Shown piece by piece: positions 55,501 through 64,000 of a stretch of 64,000 bases of DNA. Position 1 is the stretch's first letter. Each line of letters begins with the position of its first letter. The translations under genes and the position numbers were made by a program. Under the pieces are notes generated by a model. The model saw nothing but the letters and a program-made list of their open reading frames with translations. It did no database searches and was not told the DNA's origin. This stretch comes from Macrostomum lignano (lineage: Eukaryota), in the NCBI GenBank assembly GCA_002269645.1, contig NIVC01003193.1:1-64000 (forward strand). The letters are read 5' to 3'.

Positions 55501-57104
55501 TGGACATACCTCCCAGGAAGCTCACTCCCACCTCAGCGAAGAAACCAGCCAAACTCGGAGACCAAAACCGAACTCATCAGGACAGTTCTATTTGCAGACG
55601 ACACCACTATCCTAGGCAACCGCAAGGAACTCAGCGCGGGCCTAGAGTCGACGAAAGAAATAATGGCAGGATTCGAAGAACAAACGAACGACAAAAAGCA
55701 AGAGGTAATGATATTCGGAACCAGAGAGGGAGGAAAAGTACGCATGCTAGGATCATGGACGGACACGAAGTACGACACGAGCCAGAGATTGCAAAAAGCG
55801 GCGAGAAGCTGGTCGACGATCCGTAGACGTTTCATCAAGTGCAGGTTGAAAAAGACCACGCAAGCGAAGGTCGTTGAAGCCTGTATAGAGAGCATCCTGC
55901 TATTCCACGCGAACATACGCCCATTCCTGAAGTCAGAAACGAAGCAACTACAAAGCTTCATGGACCGAATCTACCGGCAGATATGGAGCAGCAGGAAAAT
56001 GGAACCACTAAGGGAAATGGAGGCAAAAGGAATAAATATGCAGGACATTCGCAATGAACTAGAAGTAACGACAATACAAACAAAGATTGAGAAGAGCCAC
56101 CTGATCCGCATCGGACATGTGCTTCGCATGGAGGCGAACCGCCTAACGAAAAAGATGGTTCTCGGATGGTACAAGGGTCTGGAAAAGATAAGGAAAACAC
56201 GTAAGAGAAAAGGTAACACCATCGAATATTGGAAGCGACTACTACGCCAAGCAGGGATCGAGCCGGAAATGACAGAGAGACTAGCAACCGACCGCCAGAA
56301 ATGGCGTAAAATTGTTCAAGAACGCATAAGCCACCTCAAGAGATGGGAACAACAACAAGGAAAGAAGGCAGAAGCAAGGAACATCGAAAGGAACGACAAA
56401 CAGAAACAGGAGAAAACAAGAACATTCATATGTGAATACGAAGACTGCGGAAAGGAGTGCAAAAGCAAAGCAGGCCTGACCATTCACCAAAAGAGGATGC
56501 ACCGCAAGATAGAAGAACCAGTAACGTTCAAGTGCGTAAAATGCGAGAAGCAGTTCAGACAAGAGGCAACGTGGTTAAACCACGTAAAGGTCTGCGGAGG
56601 AGAGAGAGAAGTGGGAGGAAACCGCGTAAAATGCGCGACCTGTGCTCGAGAAATATCGAAATCAAACCTAGCGAGACACCGCAAAACCTGCGGTACAACG
56701 CGGGAAGAGACACGGTCCCCGGGAGGTGAGAGGAAGTACCGAGCGAAAACTAAACAATGCGAAGGTTGTGGGCGCACGCTCGCCGCGACGAACATGGCAC
56801 GCCACCTACGCACCTGCAAGGACTGCTGACGAGAGACCCCGAAGACTGCCCATGCCACACGGCGACAAAAGGGAAGAAGAAGAAGAAGGTGTCACAGACA
56901 ATCGCCTGACTGGCGACCTGAGGTTGAAGGCAGGAGTCCGTCTGGCAGACCTTGGCCGACAGCTGCGGGTGTCCCGCCGGCCACAGAGGTCGTTCTGCCT
57001 GGCCGGGCCTGAGCGCAGACGACATGGAGCACCAGTGGGCGAAGGTTTCAAGCAGCAGTCTGGAGTGCACGCAGTCGGCTGCTGAGCAGCCAGACGAAGA
57101 GTAG
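52591..57104 (+). CDS. Type II membrane glycosyltransferase-like protein, GT31 (B3GALT/B3GNT)-like; interrupted by an RTE insertion, so this copy is probably disrupted
   Basis: Exons ~52591-53000, 53664-54011, 54885-55303 and 56911-57104. N-terminal basic tail and TM (CLLLLLAGLSAFLYLYFY). GT31-like motifs RQREAVRRSWG, VVFL(G), EAKKYGDL, PGYLMTG and GLSADDMEHQW. A frameshift at ~53973 and a frame ambiguity after 56960. Confidence 0.7.
54050..54835. repeat. Intronic minisatellite, 20-bp unit GGAATCTGATGGCTCAGTGG
   Basis: Direct periodicity. Confidence 0.95.
55304..56887 (+). mobile_element. 5'-truncated RTE-clade LINE inserted in a coding exon
   Basis: Perfect 23-bp TSD GGTGTCACAGACAATCGCCTGAC (55281-55303, 56888-56910) and a (GAA)n tail. 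Confidence 0.95.
55330..56829 (+). CDS. RTE ORF, C-terminal portion (RT domains, RTE-type C-terminus, four zinc fingers)
   Basis: GLREGCPTSPVLFNI, LFADD, HLIRIGHVLRM, LATDRQKWR; one C2H2 and three C2HC motifs. Confidence 0.92.
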   Translation: MKGKKQSSESWLPERGLREGCPTSPVLFNIFHQACIREVEEKRTQTAKEKEQICGIEWTYLPGSSLPPQRRNQPNSETKTELIRTVLFADDTTILGNRKELSAGLESTKEIMAGFEEQTNDKKQEVMIFGTREGGKVRMLGSWTDTKYDTSQRLQKAARSWSTIRRRFIKCRLKKTTQAKVVEACIESILLFHANIRPFLKSETKQLQSFMDRIYRQIWSSRKMEPLREMEAKGINMQDIRNELEVTTIQTKIEKSHLIRIGHVLRMEANRLTKKMVLGWYKGLEKIRKTRKRKGNTIEYWKRLLRQAGIEPEMTERLATDRQKWRKIVQERISHLKRWEQQQGKKAEARNIERNDKQKQEKTRTFICEYEDCGKECKSKAGLTIHQKRMHRKIEEPVTFKCVKCEKQFRQEATWLNHVKVCGGEREVGGNRVKCATCAREISKSNLARHRKTCGTTREETRSPGGERKYRAKTKQCEGCGRTLAATNMARHLRTCKDC

Positions 57105-57149
57105 CCAAGGACCACTATAGTAAAACAGGACGGGAAATTCAAAGGAAAT

Positions 57150-57410
57150 TCCAGGAAATTGGCCTACAAAAATGCACTGCGGAGATATGAAGATATCTTT
57201 TTTTAATCACATAATCAAATGATTGCATTTGATCTGGGCAGTGTTATATTTTATATAGATGTGTAGTGAAAAGTTCATATTCATATTCATTGATATTTCA
57301 TAACATGCTGTGCATGCCAAATTTAAAGATGGTTAATCATCACTGCCCCAGATCAAGTGCGATCATTGATTTTTTTCCTATCTCAGCAGTGTATTTTTTC
57401 AGGAAATTTG
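57150..57410. repeat. Imperfect inverted repeat (foldback/MITE-like)
   Basis: TGATTGCATTTGATCTGGGCAGTG (~57220) versus CACTGCCCCAGATCAAGTGCGATCA (~57341). Confidence 0.55.
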
Positions 57411-57619
57411 CCTCCAAATAATACGATTTTTAAGTTTTACCTTTTGTTATACCATAGTGATGTCTGAGAGTAGTGTATGTAGCTCGCATTACAATTGAAA
57501 ATTTTTCCTAGGCTTCCTTAGTTTTTGTGTTCCGCACCAACTAGTAGTCAGTAAGGGATCTGAGTACATGGCCCACGAGGGGCGAACTCACATTAGGTAA
57601 ATGTGCCACCAGCCTTTTT

Positions 57620-57960
57620 ACTACAGACAGAGAGGCTGTGTGCACCCTGGCGCACTTAAATCGACCTTGTGACACAACCGGCGAGAGGCATTACTGCATG
57701 CCCATTTTGCAGACTCCCCTGAGCAGGCACACAAGCGCACAGGCACACACTCACACAGGAGTGTACAGCAGTCCTAACTTTATTTATCGTTAGGCATGTT
57801 CACTTCACTGCGCCTTGGGGGTTGGCCCTCAAGGGCGTTAATTGCACGAGCAGAGCCAAGTCGAGATTCCAATTGAGCCTCCAAAATTAATGGGGCTAAA
57901 TAACCAGGAATCGAGTCTGGGCCGCTGGCATATCAGGCCACAGCCGCTGTGCCACCATTC
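57620..57960 (-). mobile_element. Second SINE family, contiguous copy
   Basis: Aligns to 4915-5192 and 5803-5875. Confidence 0.65.
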
Positions 57961-58465
57961 TCACTTTTGTATCTTTAAAAAGCTGTAGACATTCCTTTCT
58001 GTTTTTACAATTTCACAATATGCATAGTGAAATAGTCACAAAAAAGTACACAATGTTCGTAAGACCTTGTGCGCGACTGAGTTTCAATATTTAAATGACA
58101 CTGCTGCCAAATATAAAATGTAAATAAATGTTTAACAAACTTTTTTAGACTTGAAATTGAGTTGTTCGCTATGAATAAAATTTACTGTACTATCTGTCGC
58201 GAGAAACTACTTATTTAAGTGTTCAAGTAGTATTTTATGTGCATTAAGTTCTTTCAAATCTTTTTGAAATCTTGCTATCAGTAGAACGTACAGAACAATA
58301 AAAAAGATTTTTCTTTCAAGCATTTAAATTGATACATCTCGAGAAACATTATCATAATTTTCGCAGAAGCCCAGTACATTTCTGGTAGACATGTTTCGAT
58401 TTTTATACTCGTAGTTAGATTTTCGTCTCTTGTTCACAAACTATTTCGAGAGCAGCGGTGGCAGC

Positions 58466-60394
58466 TCACTGGCCACCTCCGGCTGGACGGTGCAGTTCAA
58501 CAGCGGCTCGCTGCGCCAGCACCACCAGTACTTCGTTCTCCCACACGTACCGGCCGGGTTCGGGCTGCTTGGTGTGCCGGCTGTAAGCGGCCATGAAGTC
58601 GGTCATCAGGCAGTCGCGCTCAGACTCGGCCAGCTGCCAGGTGAACGGCACCAGCCAGGTGAGATGGCCGCGGCACTCCGCCTCGCTCTCCGTGGTGTAG
58701 GTGAAAGCCATGCGCTGGCAGAGGCTGACGGAGAAGCCGGCGGATGTCAGGATGTCGGCGAAGGCGGCCGCAGGATCCGGGGCGCAGCGCCAGTCGGCGA
58801 TGTTTGGATCCTGCCAGCGGGTGGAGTGCGCGAACTCCTGCGGGGATAAATGGGGACAGGGCGAGTATTATGGCACACCTAGCTGAAAAACTGGGAGGCA
58901 GACAATGATGACCCCTGAGGGACTGGGAGACAGACAATGACCCCTGAGGGACTGGGAGACAGACAATGACACCTGAAGGACTGGGAGACAGACAATGACC
59001 CCTGAGGGACTGGGAGACAGACAAGGACACCTGGAGGACTGGGAGACAGACAAGGACACCTGGAGGAGTGGGAGACAGCAATGACACCTGCAGGACTGGG
59101 AGACAGACAAGGACACCTGGAGGACTGGGAGACAGCAATGACACCTGCAGGACTGGGAGACAGACAAGGACATCTGAAGGACTGGGAGTCAGACAGAAAT
59201 TGGGGAGTTGTAAAACAGAGTCACGGGAAAATATGAAGAACTGAATAGGTCCGACAGGAAGGTGAATGGTCCGGGATTACCAATAAATATAACGTAAAAG
59301 GTAAAATCCCTTCCATTAAAAACTAACGGAAGTCTGAAATTCAGCCAAAGTGCGTCGACTTCTTTGAACCGAATTCCGTAAATTGCGCTACACAGTCCAC
59401 AGGAATTCAGTATTAAAGGGCGCAATTTACTGCATGTTTTAGCTAGAATAATTTGCAACGAGAAATTGGAGAAAATATATTACTCAATAGCTAGCTACTG
59501 TTAACCTAAATAAGAAGTATTCATTAAAAGTAGTTTAGTTTGCTGACACACCAAGGATAAATAATGAATTTAAAGAACTTAGATTTCATTAATAGTTAAG
59601 ATTCAACATTTGTTAATTAACTTTCTTCAGGTTTCTTAGAAGCGATAGCTGTCTATAAGAAGCAATAGGACTGGCTGACTCTACGAGAGAGTTGATTCTT
59701 AGAAAACCGAGAGAAACTAAGACTGGCACAAAAGCACATCACACGCGAGGAACAATGGCTTACCATGGGAAGACAGGTCCTTATAAGGCTAGACTAAATA
59801 TAATAAATAGAATCATTCCTGTCCTTCCTTAGCTTTGGGCCTTGCGAATCATCTATAAACAAGCCCGCAGTCTGAATTTGGAGCTTGTACACTTGAAGGT
59901 CAAGGTCAAAATGTACTTTTTTACGCATTTGCACACACGTGTAATGCAACATTTATAATGTACAAATGAACCATGTCAGACTAATGTAGTGTTAAACGTT
60001 ACATTTAATTTTCATGAGCAAAAGAAGAAGTTAAAATTTTAAAGATACAACTCAAGACAAGACTCACTTTGATAATAGGGCCCCATTTTTCTGTTGTTGC
60101 CAAATCCTTCATAGTGGCTTGAAAATTTGGCCCAGGTTTAATGCCAATCACATGAAACATAATAGTCTTGCTTGGCTTGATCAAACATTTTAGACTCTCT
60201 AAGCAGTTGGTCAGGTTCTTGATCCAATGCAATGTTAGAAAGCTAGTGATTATGTCATAGTCCATTGATGGCACATGTGCATGCCAATGAAGTTGATTGA
60301 GATCAACCAAGAGCAACTCAAGCTGTGGTTGGTCTGGTGTACTTTCCTTTGATTTCTGTTCATGCTCGGTTGCAAACTTTAGAAAGTTTGGGTT
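58466..60394 (-). CDS. Class I SAM-dependent methyltransferase (JHAMT/trans-aconitate MT-like), last two exons; 5' exons not identified
   Basis: Exon 60394-60068 (AG...GTGAGT, phase 0): NPNFLKFA...LVD...YDIITSFLTLHWI..L..LIKP. Exon 58837-58466 (CAG acceptor, phase 0): DP.AAFADILTSAGF...LVPF...FMAAY, stop TGA. The motif I (GxGxG) exon was not found. Confidence 0.72.
58890..59190. repeat. Intronic minisatellite, ~29-bp unit
   Basis: GACTGGGAGACAGACAATGACCCCTGAGG in tandem. Confidence 0.92.
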
Positions 60395-61050
60395 CTATAA
60401 AAGGTCAAGGAAAGGACTGATTTGGTCTAAAATATGACAAAAATAAAGACTAATTAGGCTAATAAACATTATAGGCAAAGGCCATTACATTAGGCCTAAT
60501 TCTTTAAAAATAGGCCTAGCCTTTAAAAAAACAAGTTTATATCTAGAAATTACAAATAGGATGTAGGCAGTAGGTCTAAATTTTAATCTAGGTCTATGTT
60601 TTGCTTACAAATTTTCAAGGCATAGGGCCTATCTAATATTGTAATAATAATTGGTAACATATCTATTTAACACTTAATAAGAATTATGATTGATTGCTAA
60701 CTAAATAAACCTATACGGCTATAGGCCTATTTCTAAAAATAGGGCTAAAATAGGCCTATTTAAAATCTAGAAATAAATATTTTTAAATTAGACCTAGCAT
60801 AAAATTTATCTCTATATTAATAAAATATTAAGGCCTACTTATATAATTACTTATATTTACTTAGGGCCTAGCCTATATATACAACTATATAGGCTAACAG
60901 GACTGCAATAGACTTTTTGCTCTAGAATGCTTTTTGGATATATAGTACAGTTTAAACCTTGACTACAATAAAGCTTTAGACTTAGACAATTATAAAATAC
61001 TTAGACAAACCTTAGACTAGCTTAGAGATTTAATATATTATGACTATAGG

Positions 61051-61947
61051 CAGTGTTGGGCACTAGTCCATTAATAAGCATTAATCCGTTAATAAGTGTT
61101 AATAAGCATTAAGATTTTTTAGTAACATTAATGGACTGCCATTAAGATTTTTTTGAACTAATGGATTAACAAATTTGCATTAATAATTTTGTAAGTTAAC
61201 AACAAATTCATCATTAACATTAATGGCAATGGCAATGTCAATGACCAAAGATGCAAAGAAAGGACAAAAATATAAGTCTGAAAAGAAGTTATAACATTAT
61301 GACTGTATTTAAAATTTATCCAAATGCTTAAATAATCTTTTTGTTTATGACGATGATCATGCAAATATAATAACTTCTTACTAATTAAATAATGAATTAA
61401 AATTGTGAAGGTTATTAGTTGCATGTAAGCATTGATTGCTTTGATTCACTTCTTTTTGAATCTTTTGTAACTTTCTGCTGCGCCTGTTAATGCTACTGAA
61501 ACAACCTTCCTATTTATATTTTATTATAAACTAATTAGCTTTCAATTATTAACTAATTAGTTCAAGTTTCAAAAAAGTAAGTTACTTCTTTTACCATATG
61601 CTTACTTTTAGTAGTATTATACATACAAGTTTTTAAAAATATTATTATTTATTATAAAAATTATTTATTACTTTTTTAGCTTGTGAATTGTTTAGATGCC
61701 CTCTGTGTTTCACTAAAAAGATGGAAAAGCAAAGACTGTATATTACGAAGTCTGCTTTGGAAAAAAAAGTGCAAGATTTTTGTGTTAACTTTAATAGATT
61801 AATGCTTATTAATGATTATCAGTTAACTTTCAGTTAACTTAACAAAAATAAGACATTAAGAGTTAATAAGTTAAGATTTTTTGTTTTAATGCTAATGCTT
61901 TTGCCATTAATGGAAGTTAAGATTTTCATTAATGGTGCCCAACATTA
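61051..61947. mobile_element. Non-autonomous hAT-like DNA transposon (degraded)
   Basis: TIRs CAGTGTTGGGCAC (61051) / GTGCCCAACATTA (61935-61947). 8-bp TSD ACTATAGG (61043-50) / ACTATAAG (61948-55). Internal CATTAATG-type repeats. Confidence 0.75.
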
Positions 61948-62504
61948 ACTATAAGGTACTTTTATTAGCTTATACAAGTCTAAGAATGTCTTGCATTTTA
62001 CTTTTGCATTTTATCAATATTTTCCTACTATGCCAAGTTGCCTAGATTCTAGCTAGACTATCAGTTTATCTATAATTTAAAACAATTAAAGATAGGCATA
62101 CAAAGTAATAAGATCTATAAAGAAAAATCAAAATAGGCCTAAGGTTTTAAGATACTGACACTAATATTATAGACTGCCATTTTAATTTAGCCTTTAATTT
62201 GATTGATTATACCTAAGTGTAGACCCAGAAAAATTTTGAAAGGGAGAAAGCTATATTAAGCACTAGGCCTACAATCCAATATTGGAAAATAAATCTAATA
62301 TAGTTATAGGCCAAAAAGTATAGCCTACATTTTTGGCCACAACAAAGCAAGAAGCATGACCCCTTGCCCCCCCTCTAGATCTGCCTTTGATTATACCAGC
62401 CATATTCTAATAGCCAAATGTCCAACTAACATATCAGCTGCCACTATTGCATGTTATATCTCAAGGCTACATATGGCTATTCAGTCTAAGGACTGAAGGG
62501 TTGC

Positions 62505-62812
62505 CATACACCTTTAATTACCCTAGCTAATACTATCATTAGTAAAAATTTTATAGCTAAGTAAATTAAAGCAATGTAAAGTTATGTGTTTTATTCAAGG
62601 TTATAAATTATTCTAGTAAGATTAGAAATCAAATGTTCAATAGGGAATAGGCCTACAATCTAGGGATCCTAAGATCCCGAAATCTTAAGATTAGGCCCAA
62701 ATCTTGGGATTCTAAATCTTAGGATTTTGATTATGCCTGAATCCTAGGATAGAATCCCTAATTCCCAACCTTTAAGTCATAAGTCTAATACTCTAACCAC
62801 TAGGCTCTAACC
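62505..62812 (-). mobile_element. Hypermutated CORE-like SINE copy with a nested ~120-bp MITE (62641-62760, TAGGGA...TCCCTA)
   Basis: Aligns to the 1915 and 52090 copies with almost exclusively C>T/G>A differences. Confidence 0.75.
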
Positions 62813-64000
62813 TAGTGACTAAGCCTTAAATATAGATAATAAGATAATAACTAAATTAGGCCTTAATTATAGAAAAAATGAATAATGATATATAATAAAA
62901 GCATTTATAATGATAAAGTGCAGGTAAAGAGCAGAGCAAGCTGCTATCCCTTTGGATGACCACCCTCCTATCCCCTTAGGTAAAATCCTCTATGATAAGA
63001 AGTGACCACTGTCTTATCTTTTTATGAGGTGACCTATTATAATTTTTTATATACAAGCTAATTTTATATGTATTCTTTATGAGATTTTAGCATAATGCAC
63101 TGCTCTAATTCTAAAAATTTGCAAGGGAAATGAGGTGACTACCCAACTACCACACCTTTCTAATTGAAAGTAGGGAATACAAAATCCAAAGTTTTGCCAA
63201 TCCTAGGATTCATAGGATTAGGATATCCTAGACTTTGAAAATCCTGGGATTCTTGCGATTGGGATAGGCCCTATCCCAGACTTTGTCAATCCTAGGATCT
63301 TGACAAATTGGGCCAAGATTCTAGGAGCCTATTATCAAAAAGGTTTCTAATATTTGTTTGTGACATTTTGGTTTATAAAGCCATATAATATGATTTTAAA
63401 GGGCTTTCAATGATAAAAGTACAATAGAAAAAATATATTTTGCAAATAAGAAACTGATAGTTAGCTCTAAATTGGAGTATGACATATAGGCTAGCCTAAT
63501 ATATATGCTTTTTTACATCTTGGTATTAGCTCAAGAAAATCACATTTGATTGTGATATATCTAGGGAATGATAGTTTATATAACTATGGCCTAAGGTATT
63601 AATACTAAGAATAAGAGGGGGATTAGACCTCACTCTCCTAGGGGCACCTATCCTAGGTAGAGAATTGGTAGGCCTAGCTTTGGTTGTAGTCTAGAAGATT
63701 CAAAATCCTAGGATATTATAGGCCTAATCCTAGGATTTCAAGATCTTTGGATTACATTCCCCAATTGGAAGTGCTACACTGCTATTGACTATTATATAAT
63801 GGTCTATTACAATGAAACTATTATTTGTATTTTGTAGCCTATGAATATTAGTAGGCCCTAGGCTTTTTTATTGCTTAAAGATAAGAACAACCTAGTGTAA
63901 GGTCTAATAAATTATGGCCCAGGAATTTTTGCAATCAAATGAATAATGCCACATTGTGACATTATATTATTACAACTTACCCAATCAATAGCAGTAATCA

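Noticed and set aside
62930-63010. Candidate upstream exon (motif I) of the methyltransferase
   Set aside because: No GxGxG-like frame with splice sites was recognisable; it may be outside the window or too mutated.

Overview
Animal (metazoan) genomic DNA with GC-rich exons and GT-AG introns. The style resembles a Macrostomum-like flatworm, but that is inference only. Genes: (1) 3' half of an ADAM metalloprotease (607-6784, +); (2) a complete 14-exon paralogous ADAM (8406-50993, +, about 824 aa, intact [12 protein letters not shown] zinc site); (3) a GT31-like type II membrane glycosyltransferase gene (52591-57104, +) whose last exon is split by a 5'-truncated RTE LINE with a 23-bp TSD; (4) the last two exons of a SAM-dependent methyltransferase gene (58466-60394, -). 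ADAM-2 intron 4 is 32.8 kb. Almost all of it is three head-to-tail non-autonomous Helitrons (minus strand, exact CTAG|TC junctions), each with an expanded internal 23-bp satellite; one satellite carries a full-length LOA/R1-type LINE. Most other long introns look like ~60-170-nt introns inflated by their own private minisatellite. The last ~4 kb is almost CpG-free, and its SINE, MITE and exon sequences show massive C>T/G>A change, including at non-CpG sites. All coordinates and counts were derived by hand; no database searches were run.
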